DNA of 50,058 nucleotides from the IMG/VR virus record IMGVR_UViG_3300006153_000006; one strand, given 5' to 3'. This DNA comes from a virus (lineage: Duplodnaviria > Heunggongvirae > Uroviricota > Caudoviricetes). The position numbers and the translations under genes are program-made. This document shows, piece after piece, positions 37,923 to 45,863 of this stretch (position 1 is the stretch's first letter; the number at the start of each line of letters is the position of its first letter). The notes under the pieces were generated by a model. It saw only the letters and a list, made by a program, of their open reading frames with translations. It had not been told where the DNA came from and made no database searches.

Positions 37923-38330
37923 ATGAACACGACATATTTTCTGAACTGTGTCAGCGGTAATGTCTTTGGTTCCAAGAAGACCCCTGCCCTCCCGGAGCAG
38001 TATTACATCGGGCTCAGCACAAGTGCACCAGCTATGGACGGCACCGGCGTAACCGAGCCGAGCGCTTCCGCAGGGTACAAGCGTGTGCTGCTTGACAGTC
38101 TCAGCGAGCCTGCCAGTGGCGTTGTCTCAAACGAGAACGACGTCAACTTTGAGGAAAGCACCGCAAACTGGGGCACTGTCACCCACTTTGTCATTTATGA
38201 CGCAGAGGCCGTGGGAGGCGGGAACCTGCTGATGTACGGCACGCTGTCCACCCCACGTTCTGTGGAGACCGCCACTGTGATGACCATCAAGGCAGGCTAC
38301 CTGAAGCTGTCTGCTCAGAACCCATCCTGA
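37923..38330 (+). CDS. Phage tail fibre-associated protein
   Basis: YIGLSTSAP...GYKRV...WGTVTHFVIYDA...GGNLLMYG, a pattern common in phage tail genes. Confidence 0.7.
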   Translation: MNTTYFLNCVSGNVFGSKKTPALPEQYYIGLSTSAPAMDGTGVTEPSASAGYKRVLLDSLSEPASGVVSNENDVNFEESTANWGTVTHFVIYDAEAVGGGNLLMYGTLSTPRSVETATVMTIKAGYLKLSAQNPS

Positions 38331-38350
38331 CATTTTGGAGGTAGTCGCAG

Positions 38351-39283
38351 ATGAAAGAGTTTGATATCTTTCTCAACAAACGTCTGACAGAATGCGACAT
38401 CATTGTTTCGGCTATCCCATACCGTGATGGGCTTACTATCGTCAACCGCATGATCCTGGAGTGCTGCCTGGAAGCCTACCTGCTTCACAAGTTTGTTGCG
38501 GTGCAGGCTGGGTCTGAATTGACAAGTCATATTGACCGGATGATAAAGACCTGCCATGAGAAGCTGAACTTTGGGCAGGAGCTGCGGGCAGAAGCAGAAT
38601 TTTCCTCCGCGTCCAAGATCGCGCCGATCAGCGCTGAAATCGAGCTTGGAGCAGGCCAAGTCTCGCTGTTCGCAAACACCTATGAGCAGGCAGTCTCTAA
38701 CATTCTGCTGGCGATAGACCCGTTTAAGCTGACGCTGAAAAAGTATCTGGGCGGAAGCTCCTCCGGTATCGCCGTGAACACAGAGCTTCGTAATGTGCTG
38801 AAGCGCAGTATTGAGCGGTTTGAGCGCGGCGTGACATTTGGGGCTGCCGTGGACGGTTTGGCCGAACAGAATTTTGAACGGGCCACGGCAGATATCGAGG
38901 TGGACGCAGAACTGAAGAATCTGCTTTACAGGGTATACCACTCCGGCGAAGCCATGATGGACATTGCCGCCGTTGTGGAAAGCATACAGCTGCACCGGAT
39001 TCTCGGCATTGCGGAGGCCGGGATAGAGCTCGACGCCGACATTGGCGGTGGAGCTGTCACCAAGAAATTTCTTACAGCCGAACATGGTATCGATCTGCTG
39101 ACAGAGGTGACCGAAACCTTTACACAATATATGAAGCCGGAGATGGTCACCGTCGCGCTCGACACGAGCGCAAGTGCGATCCTCCGCAGGTTTCGCAAGG
39201 TATCTGAGGTAGACCCGCTCAGTCTTGCGAGCATTGATACTATGACACTCGACGAGCTTGACTATGTTGTTTTGTCAGGATGA
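38351..39283 (+). CDS. Hypothetical tail-region protein
   Basis: 310-aa ORF with RBS GGAGGT. Confidence 0.7.
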   Translation: MKEFDIFLNKRLTECDIIVSAIPYRDGLTIVNRMILECCLEAYLLHKFVAVQAGSELTSHIDRMIKTCHEKLNFGQELRAEAEFSSASKIAPISAEIELGAGQVSLFANTYEQAVSNILLAIDPFKLTLKKYLGGSSSGIAVNTELRNVLKRSIERFERGVTFGAAVDGLAEQNFERATADIEVDAELKNLLYRVYHSGEAMMDIAAVVESIQLHRILGIAEAGIELDADIGGGAVTKKFLTAEHGIDLLTEVTETFTQYMKPEMVTVALDTSASAILRRFRKVSEVDPLSLASIDTMTLDELDYVVLSG

Positions 39284-39299
39284 GAAGGGGGTAATGTAA

Positions 39300-39521
39300 A
39301 TGGGTAAATCTCCAAAGTTGGGGTTGCATCTCATTCCTGAGACAACAACCGAAAACTTTTTGGATTGGCGGCTGAAGGAAAATGGGGAAACCGATGATTC
39401 CAACATGATGATCCTGGACGCCGCTGTTGGAGCCGTCAAGGATTGGAAGGACGGTATCGACAGCACCCCCATCACATGGGGGATGTTGAAAAACGGTCTC
39501 ACAAGACCACCGAGTGCGTAA
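39300..39521 (+). CDS. Small tail-fibre-like protein
   Basis: 73 aa; resembles fibre N-terminal anchor segments (SNMMILDAAVG). Confidence 0.55.
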   Translation: MGKSPKLGLHLIPETTTENFLDWRLKENGETDDSNMMILDAAVGAVKDWKDGIDSTPITWGMLKNGLTRPPSA

Positions 39522-39536
39522 GGAGGTGAAAGAAGA

Positions 39537-40151
39537 ATGTACGCAATCAAAATGGAGGACGATAAAAGTCTGACCACGACGATCCACTCTACGATCTACC
39601 AGGGGGAAAAGAATGCAGATACGCTGGTGTTTGTTGTTCCTGTAATGTATGAGGACACGAACCTGGCCGACTGTACGCTCCTGCTGCGGTATGTACTGCC
39701 GAACGGTAAGGGTTACTCTGAGGAGCTGGCTATGTATCCTATCCCACGCAACAAGGACTATTATCAATTCCGCCTGAACGCCACTTCTCATTTTACGGAG
39801 AACGTAGGCGATATCGACCTGTGGCTGACGGCGATCAATTTTGAAGACGATGTTGTTCTTCACACCGATACAACAACAGTGACGATCACGCAGCATGTCA
39901 AAATTGAAAACCATCTGCCGCCTGAGCGAGTGGATCAGCTGGATAAACTGGCAGCAAAGGTGGAAGGTATGGAGGGCGGTTTTGTCAACAACCTGAAGTA
40001 CGACAAGGATCAGGAAACACTCCAGCTGACGCACAATGGCGCACCCGTTGGAGACGTGATCGACGTCACGACCATGGTGAACCATGACGACGTGATCTAT
40101 TTCCCGGATGGCGAACCGGAGAGCGACCCCGACGCCGTTATCTATTTCTGA
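39537..40151 (+). CDS. BppU-N-like protein
   Basis: IYQGEKNADTLVFVVP motif; RBS AAGGAGGTG. Confidence 0.55.
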   Translation: MYAIKMEDDKSLTTTIHSTIYQGEKNADTLVFVVPVMYEDTNLADCTLLLRYVLPNGKGYSEELAMYPIPRNKDYYQFRLNATSHFTENVGDIDLWLTAINFEDDVVLHTDTTTVTITQHVKIENHLPPERVDQLDKLAAKVEGMEGGFVNNLKYDKDQETLQLTHNGAPVGDVIDVTTMVNHDDVIYFPDGEPESDPDAVIYF

Positions 40152-40168
40152 GGAAGGAGGGGTTCAAG

Positions 40169-40900
40169 ATGGGTATCAGAGTTTCCTATGGCGACAGGAG
40201 CGGTATCAACGCAGCCATCGAGAGCGGTGTCATCCCCGAGGACAGCTTTATCATCGGCACATACGGTGACGATGAAGCAGAGCTGATGTTCTACGATAAG
40301 CATACCAACATTCGCCATATCGTAGCGCAGACCCGGTTTGACAGCAAGGATGAGGCCATCGCGTACGCAATCTCCCACAGCGAAGTCGGGAACACCGTCA
40401 CGGTTCTGGAGGACAGCGTTTATACGGCCTATGTAGTGCAGCCGGACTTCTCCCTGAGAGAACTTGGCATGGGCAAGTTCCGCCCGGAGACTATCGAGGA
40501 GCTCGTGAGTGGCGTTGCCAAGCTGAACGAAGATGTGACGGAAATCAAGGGCAATATCGACGGCTTGAAAACGGAGACGGATGCACTCGCTGACGAAGTG
40601 ACAGCCGTGGAGAGTGCCGTTAAAAGCCTTGAAGCAAGCTCGCATATGCACGAAAACAAGGCGCTTCTTGACTCCATCACTGAGGAGCGCATGATTAAAT
40701 GGGATACCGGTATCGCAGACACCGAGCGTCTCCCGGTTGCCACAGACGAGGATAAAGGCGCCGTACGCAGTACAACGAAGGAAAACGGCGTGTCTGTGGC
40801 AGAAGATGGGACAATGGAGGTAAACTCCATGTCCGTTGATAAACTCATGCAGGAAGTCGGCAGCACCATTATCATGCGCTGCGGCTCTGCCACCGAGTGA
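40169..40900 (+). CDS. Hypothetical tail fibre-related protein
   Basis: 243 aa; central coiled coil, LPVATDEDKGAV repeat-like motif, C-terminal CGSAT. Confidence 0.6.
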   Translation: MGIRVSYGDRSGINAAIESGVIPEDSFIIGTYGDDEAELMFYDKHTNIRHIVAQTRFDSKDEAIAYAISHSEVGNTVTVLEDSVYTAYVVQPDFSLRELGMGKFRPETIEELVSGVAKLNEDVTEIKGNIDGLKTETDALADEVTAVESAVKSLEASSHMHENKALLDSITEERMIKWDTGIADTERLPVATDEDKGAVRSTTKENGVSVAEDGTMEVNSMSVDKLMQEVGSTIIMRCGSATE

Positions 40901-40931
40901 TCGGTGAATAAAAACACAGGAGGAATGTACT

Positions 40932-42119
40932 ATGAGCGAGAAAATTTTTGACATTAGGGCGCAGCTGAAGGGCGATACCCTTGAAAACTGGAATGCGGCG
41001 AACCCCGTTCTGTTGGCGAACGAACTCGCCATCGTGACAGTCCCGGCAGAAAGCGGCGCAGTCGCCCAGGAGCCCGCCATTCTTTTCAAGGTAGGCAACG
41101 GTACTGACGCATTCAAGGCGCTGCCCTACGTCTCCGCCAAGGCCGCCGATGTGTACGACTGGGCAAAGGCGGCTGCCAAGCCAACCTACAGTGCGAGCGA
41201 GATCTCCGGCCTTGCTGATTATATCTCCGGCGAGATCCAGGATACCAACACCCAGTATAAGCTGGAGCAGGACGCCACTGACGGCCACATCCTGAAGCTG
41301 TACAGCAAGGCCGTGGGCGCCACTGACTGGACTGTGGAGGCTACCATCACCACTGTGGACACTGAGTACGACGATACCGCTCTGGCCGGTCGTGTGACCG
41401 CTCTGGAGACCCTTGTTGGTTCTACCGCAGTAGCTACCCAGATCGCCAACGCCATTGCCGCTCTGAACCTGGCTGAAACCTATGCCACAAAGAACGAGCT
41501 TAAGGCTGTGTCTGATCTGGTTGGCGCATTGCCCGAGGGCGCAACAGCCACCACCGTGGTGGGCTATGTGGATGAGAAGGCCGCTGCCGCTGAGTACGAC
41601 GATACCGAAGTGAAGGCCAGCATCCAGGCCAACACCACCGCCATTGCCACCCTGAACGGCACCGGCGAGGGCAGCGTGGACAAGAAGGTGGCCGACGCCG
41701 TGGCCGCTATCGTGGCCGATGCTCCTGAGGCCTACGACACCCTGAAGGAGATCTCCGACTGGATCAGCAGCCACGCAGAGGACGCCTCCGCCATGAACTC
41801 CCAGATCAACACCAACAAGACCGACATCGCTGCCCTGAAGGCACTGGTGGGCACTCTGCCCGAAACCGCCGAGGCACAGACCGTTGTAGACTATATCTCC
41901 GAGGTTGTGGGCGTGGAGCTGGGTAAGCTGGGCGATCTGGCCTCCAAGGATAAGGTGGCCAAGACTGACCTTGAAGACGCTCTGAAAACCGAGATCGATG
42001 GCAAGGCAAACGATGCCGACCTGGCGGCTGTCGCCAAGAGCGGCAAAATTGCCGACCTGGTTCAGGACGCAGGCAGCTATATCGTCCTGAACTGCGGCAG
42101 CGCAACTACCGTTATTTAA
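40932..42119 (+). CDS. Fibre protein with hyaluronidase/Mtd N-terminal-like domain and long coiled coil
   Basis: DTLENWNAANPVLLANEL...FKVGNG...FKALPY; Ala/Thr-rich heptads; strong codon bias. Confidence 0.75.
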   Translation: MSEKIFDIRAQLKGDTLENWNAANPVLLANELAIVTVPAESGAVAQEPAILFKVGNGTDAFKALPYVSAKAADVYDWAKAAAKPTYSASEISGLADYISGEIQDTNTQYKLEQDATDGHILKLYSKAVGATDWTVEATITTVDTEYDDTALAGRVTALETLVGSTAVATQIANAIAALNLAETYATKNELKAVSDLVGALPEGATATTVVGYVDEKAAAAEYDDTEVKASIQANTTAIATLNGTGEGSVDKKVADAVAAIVADAPEAYDTLKEISDWISSHAEDASAMNSQINTNKTDIAALKALVGTLPETAEAQTVVDYISEVVGVELGKLGDLASKDKVAKTDLEDALKTEIDGKANDADLAAVAKSGKIADLVQDAGSYIVLNCGSATTVI

Positions 42120-42138
42120 TCAAGATAATTAAATAGCG
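42110..42138. promoter_or_regulatory. 11-7-11 inverted-repeat site containing the recurrent motif
   Basis: CGTTATTTAAT-CAAGATA-ATTAAATAGCG; arms are 10/11 complementary. Confidence 0.6.
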
Positions 42139-42153
42139 AACAGCGAAAACAAG

Positions 42154-42181
42154 CCCGCCTCGTCTTGGTTGACGGGGCGGG
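42154..42181 (+). terminator. Hairpin, possible terminator
   Basis: CCCGCCTCGTC/GACGGGGCGGG 11-bp stem followed by TCTTG. Confidence 0.55.
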
Positions 42182-42202
42182 TCTTGTGATAAAGGAGGGC
42201 TT

Positions 42203-42547
42203 ATGAGCGCAATGGAATTTATGGGCCGTGTGCAGACCAAGCGCGACACAAGCGCAAACTGGACGGCGGCCAACCCTGTCCTACTGGACGGGGAAGAGAT
42301 CCTTGTTGACACTGCCAGCGGTGAGGTACGCAAGAAGATCGGCGACGGTGTGAACCCCTACATCAAATTGCCATTTGCAGACGAGGCGATCCGCAATCTG
42401 ATCGGCGAAAGGGTCGCCACGAACCAAGGTGTGGAGCACGCCGGAAAATTTCTCGGGATCGGCGCAGACGGTTTGGTAAAGCCGATCACACAGCCCACCG
42501 GCGGAGGCGCGAAAACATGGGGCGACCTGGCCGGTATTACAAGCTGA
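42203..42547 (+). CDS. Short protein with hyaluronidase/Mtd N-terminal-like domain
   Basis: RDTSANWTAANPVLLDGE...KIGDGVNPYIKLPF; paralogous to the N-terminus of 40932..42119. Confidence 0.75.
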   Translation: MSAMEFMGRVQTKRDTSANWTAANPVLLDGEEILVDTASGEVRKKIGDGVNPYIKLPFADEAIRNLIGERVATNQGVEHAGKFLGIGADGLVKPITQPTGGGAKTWGDLAGITS

Positions 42548-42566
42548 GCGAAAGGAGTGAACAACA

Positions 42567-44708
42567 ATGGAATATACGACAAAAGCAAACATGAAAAAGC
42601 CCGGATATAACGATACAGTCGATATCCAGGATATCAACGATAATTTTGATACCGTAGACGAACACATCGGTGCTTCCATCGTATCCACCGAGGGGGTACA
42701 CGGTCTGCGGTTCAACACGCAGGACGAGGTGCTGGAGGTCTACAACGAGGCCACGGGTGCCTGGGAAGAGGTGGCAGGCGGCGCAGGGGGCATCGCTCCG
42801 CTGGACGTGAGCGGCATCTCCGTGGATGTTGGCAACGGGCGTGTCTACCTGAAGTGGAGCGACCCGGAGGACACCGAGATCCAGGGTACCGTGGTGTGTG
42901 AATGGGGCGGCACAAAGGTGGTGCGGAAGGCCGGGAGCTATCCTACCGGTGTAAAGGACGGCGTGCTTGTAGTGGACAACACTACCCGTGACGCATACAA
43001 GGATACGGCATTCACCGACTCCGGCCTTACAAACGGGACTACCTACTACTACCAGTTCTTCCCCTATTCCACCGGGAGGACTGTAAACGTGAACGAGGTC
43101 AACCGCATTTCGGCCACCCCGAACCGGAAGCCCATCGACACCGTGCCCACTCAGAACGGTACGCTCACCTACAACGGCTCTTCTCAGTCCCCTACTTGGA
43201 CTGGGTATGACAGCAACAAAATGACGATGGACGGCGTGACAAGCGGCATCAACGCAGGTGATTACACAGCGACCTTCACTCCGCTGGACGACTACTGCTG
43301 GAACGATGGCACCACAGCAGCGAAAAGTGTTCAGTGGACGATCAATCGACAGAGTACCGCTATACCCGTTCAGAGCGGCACGCTTACCTACAACGGAAGC
43401 GCACAGTCCCCTACTTGGACTGGGTATGACAGCAACAAAATGACGATGGGCGGTACCACTTCCGGGACTAATGCAGGAAGCTACAATGCCACCTTTACCA
43501 TTGAGTCAAACTACATCTGGGCAGATGGAACAATTACTGCAAAAACGGTAGCGTGGAATATCAACAAGAAGGCCGGTTCGCTGGGCATCAATCCAACCTC
43601 TATCACGCTTAACCTTGACAAGAAAACAGCAACGATCGCTGTAACTCGTGAAGGCGATGGGACAATCAGCGCTACATCCAGCAATACCAGTGTAGCCACG
43701 GTGAGTGTGAACGGAAATACCATTACGGTAAGTCATGTAAATCAAACTAATGGTACTGCCACCATCACAGTGAAGGTAGCCGAGGGTACAAATCACCTTG
43801 CTCCAGCCAACAAGACCTGCGCCGTTACGGCAACATTTATTGTGGCAACGTTGAACGACAACTCTTGGGCGGCCATCAGCTCCGTTTCCGCAACGGGCGC
43901 CAACTATTGGAGCGTGGGCGACCGTAAGAGTGTCCACATCAACGGCACGGTTGGCACTCTGGCCGTCAACGCAACGTACTGGGTGTACATTTTGGGCTTC
44001 AACCACAACGAGTCGAAGGAGGGTAAGGGCATCCACTTCGGTGGGTTCAAGACCGCTCAGACAGGCGGTACCGATATCTGTCTGGTAGACAGCTACTACA
44101 ACAGTTATCAGAGCTACAACGGCACCAAGTATTTCCAGATGAACCACAGAAACTCCAGCCAATACGGTTCCAACTACGGCGGTTGGGCGGCCTGCGATAT
44201 GCGGTACGACATTCTCGGTTCTACCGACAAAGCCCCATCTGGATATGGTTCTGATAAGTCCACCTCTGCCACCGGGCAGGATCCCTCAACGACTTGCGCA
44301 ACAAAGCCCGTGGCCAACACGTTGATGGCGGCGCTTCCAGCAGACCTTCGTGCGGTGATGAAGCCCATGACAAAGTTCACGGACAACAAGGGTAACAGCT
44401 CCAACGTAGCAGGCAACGTGACGCAGACCATCGACTACCTTCCCCTTCTGGCCGAGTTCGAGATCTTCGGAGCGAGAAGTTACGCCAATCAGTATGAGCA
44501 GAATTATCAGGCGCAGTACGCCTATTATTCTGCTGGTAACTCGAAGGTGAAGTACCGCCATAGTTCCACGGGCTCCACTGCTTTTTGGTGGGAGCGTTCC
44601 CCTTATTACAACAACAGCTACTACTTCTGCTTTGTGTACACCAACGGCATCGCCGACTACAACACTGCGAGTAATTCCTTTGGGCTGGCCCCCGCTTTCA
44701 AAATCTAA
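42567..44708 (+). CDS. DGR target protein: putative tail fibre/adhesin with FN3-like, repeated Ig-like and C-terminal variable (DUF6273/C-type-lectin-like) domains
   Basis: 713 aa; fibre-type N-terminus; 73-aa tandem repeat; C-terminus WWERSP...FGLAPAFKI encoded by the VR. Confidence 0.88.
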   Translation: MEYTTKANMKKPGYNDTVDIQDINDNFDTVDEHIGASIVSTEGVHGLRFNTQDEVLEVYNEATGAWEEVAGGAGGIAPLDVSGISVDVGNGRVYLKWSDPEDTEIQGTVVCEWGGTKVVRKAGSYPTGVKDGVLVVDNTTRDAYKDTAFTDSGLTNGTTYYYQFFPYSTGRTVNVNEVNRISATPNRKPIDTVPTQNGTLTYNGSSQSPTWTGYDSNKMTMDGVTSGINAGDYTATFTPLDDYCWNDGTTAAKSVQWTINRQSTAIPVQSGTLTYNGSAQSPTWTGYDSNKMTMGGTTSGTNAGSYNATFTIESNYIWADGTITAKTVAWNINKKAGSLGINPTSITLNLDKKTATIAVTREGDGTISATSSNTSVATVSVNGNTITVSHVNQTNGTATITVKVAEGTNHLAPANKTCAVTATFIVATLNDNSWAAISSVSATGANYWSVGDRKSVHINGTVGTLAVNATYWVYILGFNHNESKEGKGIHFGGFKTAQTGGTDICLVDSYYNSYQSYNGTKYFQMNHRNSSQYGSNYGGWAACDMRYDILGSTDKAPSGYGSDKSTSATGQDPSTTCATKPVANTLMAALPADLRAVMKPMTKFTDNKGNSSNVAGNVTQTIDYLPLLAEFEIFGARSYANQYEQNYQAQYAYYSAGNSKVKYRHSSTGSTAFWWERSPYYNNSYYFCFVYTNGIADYNTASNSFGLAPAFKI
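43185..43449 (+). repeat. Internal tandem domain duplication (period 219 bp = 73 aa)
   Basis: 46 bp identical at 43185-43230 and 43404-43449; protein repeat GTLTYNG.QSPTWTGYDSNKMTM. Confidence 0.9.
44574..44699 (+). repeat. DGR variable repeat (VR)
   Basis: 126 bp, colinear with the TR; 15 mismatches, all at TR adenines. Confidence 0.97.
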
Positions 44709-44724
44709 TCCAAAATCGAATAAA

Positions 44725-44746
44725 TCCGCCAGCGAAAGCTGGCGGA
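44725..44746 (+). promoter_or_regulatory. DGR target-recognition hairpin/cruciform
   Basis: TCCGCCAGC-GAAA-GCTGGCGGA: perfect 9-bp stem with 4-nt loop, 25 bp after the VR. Confidence 0.85.
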
Positions 44747-44859
44747 GAGACCAGCCATGGAAACAAAAAAAAGCAATCACCCCGACCTGCTGTGGGCCTT
44801 GCAGCCTGCGGCAGGAGCGGGGCGTTTGAATATTCCGGGAACAAAAGGAGTGAAAAAAT

Positions 44860-45420
44860 ATGTCAGTTCTAAAGTCCCACCGTTCGGAGAGCAAGGCGGA
44901 ATATGTGAGTATCGCAAATCAGATATGCAATGACACCATCGAGTTCTTGTCACGGCTTTCCGCACGCTATTCCAGGCTGTTAGCGCCAAAGACCGCAGGG
45001 CTTGCGGCGGACGTACTCATCTACGCCGAGTCCGCTAACAACACCTACCCGTCAGACAAGGTAAAGGCCGAGAAGCGGGAGGAGTACCTTGTCAGCGCAG
45101 CGGCCTCTCTGCACTCACTCGACGATATGCTCGCGCATTGCTACGAAATCATGATGAAGAACCCGGAGGGGTGTTTTGTCGGGAGCGACGGCAAGCGCAC
45201 GGTCAGCTCCTCAGAGGCGACACGCAAGTTAGAAAATATGTCGCAGGAGTTAGGTGAGCTCATCGACAAGGAGGGTAACAAGCTTGCAGGCGTAATGAAG
45301 TCAGACAAGGAACGCGCCAAAGCCGCCAGGCAATCCGCCAGGAAGAAGGAGGTGGAGCAGGAACAGGAGGAAACGGCGCAAGAAGAGCCAACGCAAGAAA
45401 ATTCTGTAGAAAGGACATAA
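44860..45420 (+). CDS. avd: DGR accessory protein (Avd-like four-helix bundle)
   Basis: MSVLKSHRSES N-terminus; helical; RBS AAAAGGAG; located between VR and TR. Confidence 0.82.
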   Translation: MSVLKSHRSESKAEYVSIANQICNDTIEFLSRLSARYSRLLAPKTAGLAADVLIYAESANNTYPSDKVKAEKREEYLVSAAASLHSLDDMLAHCYEIMMKNPEGCFVGSDGKRTVSSSEATRKLENMSQELGELIDKEGNKLAGVMKSDKERAKAARQSARKKEVEQEQEETAQEEPTQENSVERT

Positions 45421-45480
45421 AAGTTTTGCTATATGGGTGTGTTTCTGTAAAACGTGTCGATTGTCTCAGTGCAGTCGCTG

Positions 45481-45606
45481 TCCACTGCTAATTGGTGGGA
45501 GCGTTCCCCTAATTACAACAACAGCAACAACTTCTGCAATGTGAACACCAACGGCAACGCCAACAACAACAATGCGAGTAATTCCAATGGGCTGGCCCCC
45601 GATTTC
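45481..45606 (+). repeat. DGR template repeat (TR)
   Basis: 42 codons in the VR frame, 16 of them AAY; 39 adenines, none at codon position 3. Confidence 0.97.
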
Positions 45607-45863
45607 GTATGCCAGAAATGGCTGGGTTGAACACAGTAACTCCGAAGGCGAGTGAACTATAACCCATACGAAAGGAGAAGCACTTCCCGTCTGGTGCGTG
45701 AACACCAGCAAAACTGCCACTTGATACTGCTGCACGAACGCCGCCGGGAAACCGAGCGTGCATGGCGAAGGACGCACCTTACTTCGTTTCATGTGTAGGA
45801 GTAAAGCCGGTTATACGGTGTCCTACAAGACACCGGTACAAGTGGCGAATAAAAATTATTATT
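45607..45863 (+). ncRNA. Structured 3' spacer of the DGR template RNA
   Basis: Long-range helix GCCACTTG (45716-45723)/CAAGTGGC (45839-45846) enclosing hairpins; additional hairpin CTGGTG/CACCAG at 45691-45708. Confidence 0.6.

Noticed and set aside
36664-42547. Second DGR target among the other fibre genes
   Set aside because: None of their 3' ends resembles the TR (no WWERSP or GLAP-like sequence). Targets outside the window cannot be excluded.
45510-45575. AAC/AAT repeats resembling a microsatellite or CRISPR-like array
   Set aside because: Fully explained as the DGR template repeat; no repeat-spacer periodicity or cas genes were seen anywhere in the window.
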